Source: a virus
Lineage: Duplodnaviria > Caudoviricetes
Virus record (IMG/VR): IMGVR_UViG_3300037419_001742
Span: 1-30,896 of that record
Reading direction: 5' to 3' (one strand)
DNA length: 30,896 nucleotides
Both the position numbers and the translations under genes were made by a program. Below, piece after piece: positions 7,695 through 16,681 of this stretch (position 1 is the stretch's first letter; each line of letters opens with the position of its first letter). Below the pieces are notes generated by a model. The model searched no databases. It worked only from the letters and a program-made list of their open reading frames with translations, and had not been told where the DNA came from.

Positions 7695-9439
7695 CAGGGG
7701 CCCGCCCGGCGCGCGGCGTTATAGGCGGGCGTCAGGCCGGGGCTGCCGGTACGCGCGTCGGCGCGCGCCTGGGCGACGATCACGGCCCGGCCGAGGCGCT
7801 GGCCGTCGACGTCGACGTGCACGGTCGGCGCCACGTTGACCACAATCCGCCCGTGCGGGTCCGGGAAGCCCTGCGCGTCCACGCGCTGCGGGGTGTAGTG
7901 CCCGCCCATGGCGATCGCGGCGCGCTGGCCGGCGAGTCGATCGGCCTGCGGCGTCGCCGGGCCATGCTGGTGCTTGCCGAGGAGGATGAGACCGCCGATG
8001 ACTCCGGCACCGACCGCGGCGCCGCCCGCAGCGAACGGTGCCGCGTCAGCTGCGGCGCCGGCCGCCGGGCCGAGGAGCCTCCTCGCCGCGCGCCCGAGCC
8101 CGGAGCCCTTGCCGCCGGGGCCGTCGACCATCGCCACCCACACCGGGTTCGCGGGGGTCGCGCCGCGGGAGGCGACAGCACCGAGCGCCCCGCCACCGCC
8201 CCGACCACCACCGAAGAGGTTCCCGAGGCCCTTGCGCGCGGCGCTGACGATGCCGAGCTTGGAGGCCAGCCACGCGCCCGAGAGCAGCTTGCCGGGCAGG
8301 CTCGCGTCCATGAAGGACTGAAAGAACGTCCGGGCGGCGAGACCGCCCGCATGCGGCAACGTGGTCGCGACGGCGTCCAGCACGGCGGTCACGGCCTTCG
8401 GGATCTCGTCGATCACGGCCTGACCGAGGTTGCGCCGCACGGCGGGGCTGGACGTCCACGTCTCGAAGCGGCTCGTGATGAGGTCCAGATTGCGCAGCGT
8501 CTTGGTGCCGTCGACGTCCTGGGAGCCGAAGAGGTTGACGAGGCCGTGACCGGTGTGGCCGCCGACCGAGACGAGCAGCGACAGGTCGGTGCGGGCCTGG
8601 CGGAAGAAGCGGGCCATCTCGCCAGACGCACGGGCGTTGGCCGACCACACCTCGACCATCCGCGCGCCGTCGCGGATCTCCCGGGCCATCCAGATCGCCA
8701 GCGGGTCAGCCTCGACGAGCACGTCCTCGAGCGCGCTCGCGAGGTTCAGCCCGGCGTGGCCGAGGTCGTCGATGATCCGGACGTTGCCGCCCCCGACGGT
8801 GCGCAGATCGCGCCCGAAGCCCTTGGAACCGAGCATGCGCCCGGCGTCGTCGGCGAGGTGGCCGACCTCGCGCGAGGTGTCGCGGGTGAGACGACGCAGG
8901 ATGCCGAAGTTGCGCAGCGCGGACGTCGTGCCCTTGGTGAGGCCACCGAGCATGCCGTCCGTCGCGGTCTGGGCGAGCACGTCGCGGTTGGCGCTGAGCG
9001 TGTCGAAGATGCCCATCAGCTCCGGGCTGAGCTTCTTCGCCGCAGTCGCGTCGCCGCCGAGCGCCTTCTCGAGATTCGTCAACCCGAGCGACGCGACGCC
9101 GGTGAGCTGCGCGAGCGCGGTGAGGCCGACCGCGCCCGCGCCGCCGGCGCCTCCGGCGAGGGTCGCCACAGCCTCGGCCGCCGATAGGATCGCCGGGACC
9201 GCCTTGCCCGAGGCGAGCTCCACCGCGCCGACGCCGAGCGCCGCGAAGCGCATCGACGTGGAGAACGGTCCGACGTTGACGCGCGTCTTGGAGCTCGCAG
9301 CGTTCATCTCGGCGAGCCCGCGCGCCGCCTGGCGCGCCTGGTCGCCGATGTTGTCGATCGCGCGGGCCTCCATGTCCGCGTCGCGCTTGAAGCGCAGCGC
9401 GTCGAGGATGCGAACGCGAATCGAGACGTCGTCGGCCAT
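7694..9439 (-). CDS. Tape measure protein
   Basis: 581 aa Ala/Gly-rich helical protein with hydrophobic stretches, directly after chaperones; N-terminal VSIRVRI. Confidence 0.88.
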   Translation of the reverse strand: MADDVSIRVRILDALRFKRDADMEARAIDNIGDQARQAARGLAEMNAASSKTRVNVGPFSTSMRFAALGVGAVELASGKAVPAILSAAEAVATLAGGAGGAGAVGLTALAQLTGVASLGLTNLEKALGGDATAAKKLSPELMGIFDTLSANRDVLAQTATDGMLGGLTKGTTSALRNFGILRRLTRDTSREVGHLADDAGRMLGSKGFGRDLRTVGGGNVRIIDDLGHAGLNLASALEDVLVEADPLAIWMAREIRDGARMVEVWSANARASGEMARFFRQARTDLSLLVSVGGHTGHGLVNLFGSQDVDGTKTLRNLDLITSRFETWTSSPAVRRNLGQAVIDEIPKAVTAVLDAVATTLPHAGGLAARTFFQSFMDASLPGKLLSGAWLASKLGIVSAARKGLGNLFGGGRGGGGALGAVASRGATPANPVWVAMVDGPGGKGSGLGRAARRLLGPAAGAAADAAPFAAGGAAVGAGVIGGLILLGKHQHGPATPQADRLAGQRAAIAMGGHYTPQRVDAQGFPDPHGRIVVNVAPTVHVDVDGQRLGRAVIVAQARADARTGSPGLTPAYNAARRAGP

Positions 9440-9634
9440 CTACTCACCGCCTCCCAGCAGCCCGAGCACGGCGCCCCGGCTGAGCATGGCCTTCGCCTCG
9501 GCCGCCTTGACCGCGACCGCGATCAGCGCGTAGCGCTCCGGCGCGTCCAGCGGCCCCATCAGCCTCCACCCGTCCACGCCGACCGCGCAGGCCCAGCCGG
9601 CCAGCTCGACGTCCGGGAGGCTCAGGATTCCCCC
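9440..9634 (-). CDS. Tail assembly chaperone, -1 frameshift extension (gpGT-like)
   Basis: No own RBS or start at its 5' end; the frame is entered by -1 slip at GGGGGAA (9634..9628) and ends at TAG adjacent to tape measure ATG. Confidence 0.78.
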   Translation of the reverse strand, partial: GGILSLPDVELAGWACAVGVDGWRLMGPLDAPERYALIAVAVKAAEAKAMLSRGAVLGLLGGGE

Positions 9635-10107
9635 AGCAGGGACTCCTCGTCCAGGGCGCCCTCGCCCGCCATCCAGTTCGTGATCTCGACGACGTGGCGC
9701 GCGATGGCCATGTGCGGCTGCGGGACCTTGGAGAACACCTTGAGCACGACGTCGCGGGCGCTGCCGCCCTGCTCGAGCCCCGGCAGGCCGAGCACACCGG
9801 CGAGCGTCTCGTCGAAGCGCACCGGCTCGCCGTCGAGGACCAGCGGCTCCCAGCCGTGCTCTGAGCGCGTGCAGACGCACTCGCACGCGGCGATGAGGAA
9901 GTCCACGTTGGCGTCGCGGTTCGAGCGCGCCTGCGTGGTGTACTCGTCGGGGTCGATCGCCCGGTAGCGCACGCCGAGCCCGGCTGTGCGCGGCACGGGC
10001 AGCGTCAGGCGCTGCTCAGCCTGCGCGTTGGCGTAGATCGCGCGGATCGCGTCCAGGGGCGACGGGCCCGTCGCGGCCTCCTCGGGCGGGATCGGTTCGA
10101 TGTGCAT
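9622..10107 (-). CDS. Tail assembly chaperone (gpG-like)
   Basis: Between tube and tape measure; ends CTG GGG GAA TCC TGA with slippery heptamer. Confidence 0.85.
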   Translation of the reverse strand: MHIEPIPPEEAATGPSPLDAIRAIYANAQAEQRLTLPVPRTAGLGVRYRAIDPDEYTTQARSNRDANVDFLIAACECVCTRSEHGWEPLVLDGEPVRFDETLAGVLGLPGLEQGGSARDVVLKVFSKVPQPHMAIARHVVEITNWMAGEGALDEESLLGES

Positions 10108-10523
10108 CAGCTCACGCCCGAGGGCTGCAGCTGGATGCTCAGCGTCGGCTTGCCGCTGGTGTCGTTGGAGTCCGAGTCGGGCTCGTTGACCGCAGTGATC
10201 GCGCAGGTCCAGGTGCGACCCTTGCCGAACGGGTTGCGGTTGGCGTCCATCGGCTTGCGCGAGACCGTCGCCTCGTTCTCGTCCATGTGCGAGCGCAGGA
10301 ACGCGATCAGCTCGTCGCTGTCGCGGTCGCGGTCGAACGTGCGCCCGATCGTGATCTCGGAGATCTCCTTCTCGCCGCCGTAGGCGCGCGGGTACTCCGC
10401 GCCGGGCGGGCGGTCGGTGACCGCCGTGGCGGTCACGTTGCCGCCGCTGAACGTCTGGAAGGCGCCGATGTTGCGCCCGGCCACGGTCAGCGTGGTGTAG
10501 AAGCGGGATGGGAGCTGAGGCAT
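10107..10523 (-). CDS. Tail tube protein
   Basis: 138 aa after sheath; IGAFQTFSGG, ISEITIGRTFD, EPDSDSN gp19-like pattern. Confidence 0.85.
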   Translation of the reverse strand: MPQLPSRFYTTLTVAGRNIGAFQTFSGGNVTATAVTDRPPGAEYPRAYGGEKEISEITIGRTFDRDRDSDELIAFLRSHMDENEATVSRKPMDANRNPFGKGRTWTCAITAVNEPDSDSNDTSGKPTLSIQLQPSGVS

Positions 10524-10533
10524 CGTCGCCCTC

Positions 10534-12009
10534 CTACGCGGCGAGCGTCTCGCCGACGCCGACCTTGGTCAGGTAGATGGTCACGAAGTCCGCGCCCGGT
10601 GCCGGCCGGAACGCGACCGCCGCGTTGAGGTTGCCGGCGGCGATCGTCGCGTCGGTGTTGACGGCGTCCGAGGTGTCCACGATGAACGAGGACCCGGCCG
10701 GCTCGCCGGTGTCGAGGAACAGCTGGCCGTCCTGCTCGTCGCGCATCAGGATCCCGGTCAGCGCCGTGTCCAGCTGCGCGATGTGCTGGCGGGTGAGCGT
10801 GATGTGCGCGTAGGGCGCCGCGGCGGCGAGCAGCCGGGAGATGAGCGACATGCGGTAGCGGGCGGTGCCCGCCTGCAGCCACTCGGCGTCGGAGCCGAGC
10901 GGGTTGACGCCCGTGCGGTTGGTGTCGAGGGTCACGACGCCGTTCTGGACGATGATCGTCGCCACGCCGGCCGCCTCGAGATCGGCCTGGTCCTGATCGG
11001 ACCACGTGGCCTTCACGCCGAGGATGAGCGACGAACTCGCCTGGCCGTACTGGCCCGCCGGGGCCTGCGCGGGGCCGGCCGTGAGGTCGACCTGCGCGCA
11101 CTTGGCCGCGACGAACGCGCTCGGCGGCACCGACCGTGGAGCGCCGCCGTTGATCCCGGCGATCGTGAGCCACGGCTGCAGAACCGCGTAGCCGTCGGAG
11201 GCGTTCAGGTCCGCCTGTCCGGCGTGGCCGAGCGTGAGCAGCGAGGACTTCGTCGAGCCGTCCGGGGCGTCCGGGAGCGCGAAGCGCTCGTGGCCCATGG
11301 CGGCGCCGTGCGCGCGCAGCGACGTGTGCGCCTGCGAGGTCTGCCAGTCCGGCGAGGCGATCTGCATCGGACCGAGGTCGCGGACGATTGCCGCCAGGGC
11401 GGCGTCGACTTGCGTCTGGGTGATGTTCGTGCGGTCCAGCGTGCCGCCCGCGAGGTTCACCGCCGCCCCGGCTGCGACCAGGCCCGACCCGGCGCCGAGC
11501 ACCGGCGGCAGGACGTAGTCGCTCGAGGCCAGCGCCGCGGGCGCGTCGGTGTTCTGCGTGAACTCCGCCGAGCGATCGACCTCGACCCCGTTGAGGAAGA
11601 TCACGATCTGGCGGTTGGAGCCGCCGGAGGGGCCGACGACGATCTGGTAGGACAGGCCGCCGGCGGCGCCGTTGGCCCAGTCGCCGACGCTCGAGGCCGT
11701 CAGCGTGAACGCGGTGCCGCTCGTGGAGGCGGGCACGGCCACCGACGCAGACGCCGCAGCGGGGCCGCGGACGGGCGAGGTGTAGAGCTCGTAGCCGCCC
11801 TCGCGGAAGAACGTCTCCACCCAGTCGTAGGCGACGCTGTAGGTCTGCCGACCACCGTAGGAGTCGACCCAGTCCGACAGCGAGCGAGCAGGGGTCGTGC
11901 TGAGCACGCCCTTGGCGGAGATGACCGCGATCGCCGCGCGGCCGGAGTCGATCGGCGCCGAGCGCGACGGGGGCGTGTCGCGCAGCACCACGTTGACGCG
12001 ACGGGCCAT
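10534..12009 (-). CDS. Tail sheath protein
   Basis: 491 aa; ETFFREGG, ERFALPDAP, VPPSAFVAA, QAPAG, FRPAPGADFVTI sheath motifs. Confidence 0.93.
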   Translation of the reverse strand: MARRVNVVLRDTPPSRSAPIDSGRAAIAVISAKGVLSTTPARSLSDWVDSYGGRQTYSVAYDWVETFFREGGYELYTSPVRGPAAASASVAVPASTSGTAFTLTASSVGDWANGAAGGLSYQIVVGPSGGSNRQIVIFLNGVEVDRSAEFTQNTDAPAALASSDYVLPPVLGAGSGLVAAGAAVNLAGGTLDRTNITQTQVDAALAAIVRDLGPMQIASPDWQTSQAHTSLRAHGAAMGHERFALPDAPDGSTKSSLLTLGHAGQADLNASDGYAVLQPWLTIAGINGGAPRSVPPSAFVAAKCAQVDLTAGPAQAPAGQYGQASSSLILGVKATWSDQDQADLEAAGVATIIVQNGVVTLDTNRTGVNPLGSDAEWLQAGTARYRMSLISRLLAAAAPYAHITLTRQHIAQLDTALTGILMRDEQDGQLFLDTGEPAGSSFIVDTSDAVNTDATIAAGNLNAAVAFRPAPGADFVTIYLTKVGVGETLAA

Positions 12010-12197
12010 CAGCTCTTCGCCTCCTTCTCGGCGGGGATCAGCAGCCCGGCGTCACGCAGGGCCTTGTCGTGCGGGTCTTCCATGTCGCTGCGACCGCGGC
12101 CGCCGTAGGCGTCCAACGGCGCTCCGGAGGCCAGGGTGATCGCGTGGTCTGAGACGTTGACCCACTCCTCAGGCGGGCTCTTGCGCGGCTGCGGCAT
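12009..12197 (-). CDS. Small pre-sheath structural protein (62 aa)
   Basis: From MPQPRKSPPEEW with GGAGGG RBS; TGATG coupling to sheath. Confidence 0.65.
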   Translation of the reverse strand: MPQPRKSPPEEWVNVSDHAITLASGAPLDAYGGRGRSDMEDPHDKALRDAGLLIPAEKEAKS

Positions 12198-12201
12198 CTG
12201 T

Positions 12202-12834
12202 TCAGCCCTCCTGGGCGAGTTGGGTGACGGTGACGTCGATCGTCTCGGCGGTCGGCGTGTCCGGGTAGGCGGGGTAGCCGCCACCTGGCGGGTCGGGCAG
12301 CGGGTCGGGCGTCGTCGGGATCGGCTGGAAGGTGACGACGTCGTCGACGCTGACGGTGAAGGTGAGCCGGGCGGCTGCGAGTGTGCGGCGCTTGTCGACG
12401 GTCGTGTCGTCGTAGGCCTCGCCGACCCAGCGTGCGTCGTTGATGAGCTCTGAATCCCACGCCTGCTGGCACAGGCACTCGCGGACCGCGGCGGCATAGA
12501 CGCGCGCAAGCGTGTGCGCGGCCTCCTGGGTGCCTGCGTCGATGATCACGCCGACATCGAGTCGCCACGCCGCGTCGAGGGCGTCATCGCGCTGGTATGG
12601 CTCCGCGGCGAGCCCGGGCGAGATGAGAATCAAGCACGGGATCTGCTGCTCCGGCCAGCGGTCGAGGTCGAGGGTGCTGGCGATAGCCCAGCCGCGCACG
12701 TTCGGCAGCGTCCTGGGCTGGTAGCCGTAGCGCTGCTCCGCGAAGCCGATGTACGTCCAGATCCACTTGCGCAGCGTGGCGAGCGCCGCCTGCTCGACCT
12801 GGCCGGCATGGACGAGGCTCGCGAGAGGACTCAC
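12202..12834 (-). CDS. Tail terminator / completion protein
   Basis: Last neck gene before sheath; QIPCLILISPG, AARLTFTVSV beta pattern; Pro-rich tail. Confidence 0.65.
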   Translation of the reverse strand: MSPLASLVHAGQVEQAALATLRKWIWTYIGFAEQRYGYQPRTLPNVRGWAIASTLDLDRWPEQQIPCLILISPGLAAEPYQRDDALDAAWRLDVGVIIDAGTQEAAHTLARVYAAAVRECLCQQAWDSELINDARWVGEAYDDTTVDKRRTLAAARLTFTVSVDDVVTFQPIPTTPDPLPDPPGGGYPAYPDTPTAETIDVTVTQLAQEG

Positions 12835-13298
12835 GACCGATCACCGCGGAGCAGGAACACGCGGGCACGCTCGCGCATGTCTTTGCGAGTCCGCAGATCA
12901 AGGAAGGGAAGCCGGAAGCCTCGCTTGACCAGGAACTTCGCGTAGTACACGTCGGTGCCGAAGGTCATCTCCACCGGCGTGATGCGCAGGATGTTGCGCT
13001 CGTCCTCGCGATTGGTCAGCGACTCGCGCAGGTCGCCGGTGTCCACCAGCGTGTACCGCGTCACGTCGCGGACGTCGCGGATCGTCTGCCTGCCCTTGTT
13101 CTTGCCACGCGTGACCGTGTGACGTCGATAGCTGACGAGCTTGCTCTTCGACCAGCCGGCCCGGAACTTGCGCTCCTGGGCCTCATAGAGCTCGGGCGCC
13201 ATCGCGCGGAACAGTCGCGTGGCATCGGCGCGCTCGGCCATCCCGCGCAGGTGCGCAGTGACCTCCTTGTTGCCGGTCACCGTGAGGTCGAAGATCAC
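12831..13298 (-). CDS. Neck/virion morphogenesis protein (HK97 gp10/Mu gpG-like)
   Basis: Basic protein with LVDTGDLRESL and FGTDVYYAKF motifs. Confidence 0.8.
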   Translation of the reverse strand: MIFDLTVTGNKEVTAHLRGMAERADATRLFRAMAPELYEAQERKFRAGWSKSKLVSYRRHTVTRGKNKGRQTIRDVRDVTRYTLVDTGDLRESLTNREDERNILRITPVEMTFGTDVYYAKFLVKRGFRLPFLDLRTRKDMRERARVFLLRGDRS

Positions 13299-13753
13299 GG
13301 CAGGATCTCGGTCGTCGACAGCACGCCCGTCGCAACCAGCGTCGGCGAGACGACAGGGACGCTCGCGTAGCGGACCGTGTCAGCCTGGTTGTCCTCGAGC
13401 GCGCTCGTGAGCGAGGCGAGCGCTTCGGAGTAGAGGTCGGCGAGGTGCGTGTAGACGGTGTCATCGCCGTTGGTCTGCTCAGGGAAGTAGGAGAGCTCGA
13501 CGAGCATCGCGGCGCGGATCGCGACGACACGCTGGGCCAGCCAGTCCTTGTCGGTAGGGATCTCCGTCCCGACGTGGGCGGCAACCGACGCCGAGGCGTC
13601 GGCGATCAGATCAGCGACCTCATCGGCGGTCGGCCGCGTGTTCGCCGTGAAGTCGCCGTACTCGGTGCCGGTCGTGGTGTCCTTGGTCCGTGCCCGCAGG
13701 AAGCGCGCCACGTCGCCGGTCGTCGGCGTGTAGGTGATAGCCGGGTCAGGCAT
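13295..13753 (-). CDS. Head-tail adaptor
   Basis: LRARTKD...GDFTANTRPT...AAMLVELSYFPEQ, a pattern seen in actinophage adaptors; GGAGG RBS. Confidence 0.75.
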   Translation of the reverse strand: MPDPAITYTPTTGDVARFLRARTKDTTTGTEYGDFTANTRPTADEVADLIADASASVAAHVGTEIPTDKDWLAQRVVAIRAAMLVELSYFPEQTNGDDTVYTHLADLYSEALASLTSALEDNQADTVRYASVPVVSPTLVATGVLSTTEILP

Positions 13754-13816
13754 TCACGCCTCCTGGTCTTGGATCGACGGCCGGAGGTGACCGCCGAGAC
13801 TCACGCAAAGCAGGGA

Positions 13817-13852
13817 TCGACAGAACGGGCCGGCCGGGCGCGTTGGTCGGGC
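13817..13852 (+). promoter_or_regulatory. Putative ECF-sigma leaderless promoter, copy 1
   Basis: CGACAGA-N16-CGTT, 8 nt before GTG 13853; 27/36 identical to 14088..14123. Confidence 0.6.
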
Positions 13853-14083
13853 GTGACCACGCTGCCTGAGCACGGTTACGTCTGGATCGAGGAGAAGCCT
13901 CGTCGGCACCGATGGGCGATGCGGCGCTGGGTCATCACCGCGCGTTGGCCAGGCGGCACCGAGACGTTCGACGTCCCCGGCCACGGGCTCGCAGAAGACC
14001 TTGCCGAGCAGGCCCGCGCGCAGCTCGAGGACGGGCGGAAGCCGGATCTCGCGGGCCTCTACGACGACCTGATCGCCTGGTAG
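13853..14083 (+). CDS. Small hypothetical protein (76 aa), Trp-rich moron gene
   Basis: 3' part of ORF 13445..14083 (TTLPEHGYVWIEEKP...YDDLIAW); start picked from duplicated promoter spacing; GTG 13787 is an alternative. Confidence 0.6.
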   Translation: MTTLPEHGYVWIEEKPRRHRWAMRRWVITARWPGGTETFDVPGHGLAEDLAEQARAQLEDGRKPDLAGLYDDLIAW

Positions 14084-14087
14084 CTCT

Positions 14088-14123
14088 TCGTCAGAACGAG
14101 CCCCCGCTGCGCGTTGCTCGCGC
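14088..14123 (+). promoter_or_regulatory. Putative ECF-sigma leaderless promoter, copy 2
   Basis: CGTCAGA-N16-CGTT, 8 nt before ATG 14124; no Shine-Dalgarno. Confidence 0.6.
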
Positions 14124-15131
14124 ATGAGCACTCGCCTTCCGTATGACGTCGTGATCGCGACGCGCAACCGGCCCGACGCGCTCAAGGTCGCCGTCCAGTC
14201 GATCAACGCGCAGGACCCAGCACCCGAGCGCGTCATCGTCGTGGACTCCTCCGACGACGAGGCTGCGGTGCGTCGAGCACTCGAGCAGGCCGGCGGCGGG
14301 ACCTACATGCGATCAGCGCCGGGATCCGCTACACAGCGCAACGTCGGGCTGCGCGAAGTCCGTTCACCCGTCGCGTGCTTCCCCGACGACGATGTGGTCT
14401 GGCATCCGGGCTACGCGGACGCGATCCTCGCCGTCTACGAGCGCGATACCGACGGGGTCATCGCCGCCGTCTGCGGTCGCGAAGTGACTGCCGGGCCTGC
14501 CGGCGTGACGGCACCCCACGCGATGCGTCTCAGTCACCGCATCCAGCGGAAGATCGCTTACCGCCGGATGGCGATCGAGCCTGCCGACCCGTTCCGCCTG
14601 CACGCCCGGGAGCGCACCGCGCAGTACGAGCAGCCGTCGTGGCTTGCCGAGATGGACGCCGTGCCCGTCGAATGGATGACCGGGTTCCGGATGAGCTTCC
14701 GCACGGATCGCTTCGACGGGTTCGACCAGACGCTACGCGACTACGCGCTCTTCGAGGACGTCGACGCAAGCTTCCAGGCTCTGGAACGTGGGCTTGTCGT
14801 CGGCGCCAACCGGGCTCATGTCCTGCATCATCGTGACCCGGCAGACCGCGGCGCGCCGAACGCCCTCGGGGCCGCGCAGATCCTCAACCGCGCGTACATC
14901 GTGCTCAAGCACGCTCGCCCGGACTCGCCGGCCGTCAAGCAGCTTCGACGCTACGCCGCGTACAAGTGCCTGCTCTACGCGGCTGGCATTCGCAGCGAGT
15001 GGGGTCGTGCCCGTCTCACCGGTGCGATCGTCGCCGCCACGTTGATCGGCCAGCTCGAGCACCCCGGTCGCGGCGGGCTCGCATCGGCGTATTTCGTGGC
15101 GCTCTCCCAGTGCGTTCAGACGCCGGTGTAG
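14124..15131 (+). CDS. Glycosyltransferase family 2 (GT-A)
   Basis: VVIATRNR, VIVVDSS, QRNVGL, FPDDD (DxD) and FED motifs. Confidence 0.93.
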   Translation: MSTRLPYDVVIATRNRPDALKVAVQSINAQDPAPERVIVVDSSDDEAAVRRALEQAGGGTYMRSAPGSATQRNVGLREVRSPVACFPDDDVVWHPGYADAILAVYERDTDGVIAAVCGREVTAGPAGVTAPHAMRLSHRIQRKIAYRRMAIEPADPFRLHARERTAQYEQPSWLAEMDAVPVEWMTGFRMSFRTDRFDGFDQTLRDYALFEDVDASFQALERGLVVGANRAHVLHHRDPADRGAPNALGAAQILNRAYIVLKHARPDSPAVKQLRRYAAYKCLLYAAGIRSEWGRARLTGAIVAATLIGQLEHPGRGGLASAYFVALSQCVQTPV

Positions 15132-16681
15132 TAGCCCTGGGCGTCGACGCCGACGACGCCCTTGGACGCCCAGCCGGTCGGGTGCATGGCCACAACGTCG
15201 GGCGTGTTGAGATCGCCCGACCAGCTGTTGTTGTTGCTCCACGGCATCCAGCAGCGGGCGTCGCACTGGCCGCCGCCGCGCAGGCCGTTCAGCCAGCGCT
15301 GCTCGAGGACGGCCGTGTCGAAGTCGGCGATGGTGATCGTCGACCAGTCGAACGAGCCGTCGAGCATTGCGTCGAGCGTGTTGGCGTCGGCGCTGGTGCT
15401 CATGCCGAGTTCCGCCGCGACGCCGGCCCTCCACTGCTCCTCGTCGTGGACGTAGACGGCCTCGTCAGGCGCGGAGCCGGCGGTGCTGATGCCGTTGGCG
15501 ATGGTCGGGACGGTGCCGTCGGTCGACTTCGTGAACCACGTGTCGAGGATCTGCACACCCCACGGGCGGCCCTTGTAGGCGTTCGGGTTGATCGACCACA
15601 CGCCCCCGGAGCGCATGACGCCGCCGGGCGAGTAGGTCGGGGCGTCGGGGTCGCCAGAGCCGGTGCCGCGGTTGTAGAGCCAGTACGTGCCGCCCTTCGG
15701 GCCCGCCCTGAGGATCGACTCCTGGATCTTGATCGCCGTGACAGGGACGTTTAGGCCCTCACGACCAAGGCTCGCGGACTGGATGAACGCGGCGGAGTTG
15801 CCGTGCCCCTCGACGAGGGCGCGATAGAGCGTCGTGCGCCCAACCGTGGACCACTGCACGCCGTCCTGGTGGGTGATCGGGCCGCCGATCGCGAGCGTCG
15901 CCGTGCCCGAGGCGAACGGCTGCGAAGTCGCGGTGGGCGCCAGGCTGTCCCACTGCGCGGTCGGCCACCCCGTCGTGGACGTCCCGAGCGTGCCCGACGT
16001 CATCGCGACGACGTAGTAGATCTCGCCACCGATGTTCGCCTGGAACATGTCGCCGGCCGCCACGACCTTCCCCGACGAGAAGGCGTTCGTGGTGAGGGCC
16101 AGCGCCTCCGCGTCAGTCAGGTAGCGCCCAAGCGTCGTGCCCGGCGCCGCTCCGACCTGCGGGACCTTGCCGTAGTAGTAGGGGTAGCCCCGGCCGGTGA
16201 GCCACGTGTACTGCACCATCGACGGCGCCTCACCGCGGACGAAGTAGCCACCGAAGCCCTCGAGCGAGTCGATCGCCGGGATGACCTTGCAGTAGGACCA
16301 GTCTCCGCGGCCGTTGACAGCCGCGCCCGTCTGCGATCCCAGCGGCGCCTGCTTGGCCATCGTCGGCCGTACGAGGCAGTGATCGAGCGTGCTGCGCGCC
16401 AGCGGCACCCCGCCCGCCTCCACGAAGATCATCGGCAGCTCGACGTCGCAGTCGGTGAAGTCGACGCCGCCGCCGGAGAGATACATCTCGTCGTAGCCGC
16501 CCGGCGCGAAGTGCTTCGCCGTCTGAACCGCCGCCGGGCGCAGCAGGCCGGTCCCGTCCGCGTAGTCGGTGAGCGCGACGCGCGGCCCGGTGTTCGCCGC
16601 GAAGTCGTACTCGCGAATGTCGAAGCTGCCTGCGGGAGCGACGCCCTGAGACAGCCCTCGCGCTCGCGCCAGGAGGAGCAT
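15116..16681 (-). CDS. Virion-associated protein with probable right-handed beta-helix (depolymerase-like)
   Basis: 521 aa from MLLLARARG; HQDGVQ...NSAAFIQ...IKIQESILRAG...GGTYWLY...VQILDTWF repeat pattern; TGATG coupling. Confidence 0.55.
   Translation of the reverse strand: MLLLARARGLSQGVAPAGSFDIREYDFAANTGPRVALTDYADGTGLLRPAAVQTAKHFAPGGYDEMYLSGGGVDFTDCDVELPMIFVEAGGVPLARSTLDHCLVRPTMAKQAPLGSQTGAAVNGRGDWSYCKVIPAIDSLEGFGGYFVRGEAPSMVQYTWLTGRGYPYYYGKVPQVGAAPGTTLGRYLTDAEALALTTNAFSSGKVVAAGDMFQANIGGEIYYVVAMTSGTLGTSTTGWPTAQWDSLAPTATSQPFASGTATLAIGGPITHQDGVQWSTVGRTTLYRALVEGHGNSAAFIQSASLGREGLNVPVTAIKIQESILRAGPKGGTYWLYNRGTGSGDPDAPTYSPGGVMRSGGVWSINPNAYKGRPWGVQILDTWFTKSTDGTVPTIANGISTAGSAPDEAVYVHDEEQWRAGVAAELGMSTSADANTLDAMLDGSFDWSTITIADFDTAVLEQRWLNGLRGGGQCDARCWMPWSNNNSWSGDLNTPDVVAMHPTGWASKGVVGVDAQGYYTGV

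Noticed and set aside
2396-12834. Extracellular contractile injection system or tailocin
   Set aside because: Complete head and packaging genes are in the same operon; no AAA ATPase or effector genes
13063-13080. 9-bp tandem duplication ACGTCGCGG (RDVRDV)
   Set aside because: In frame, two copies, likely neutral slippage in a variable loop
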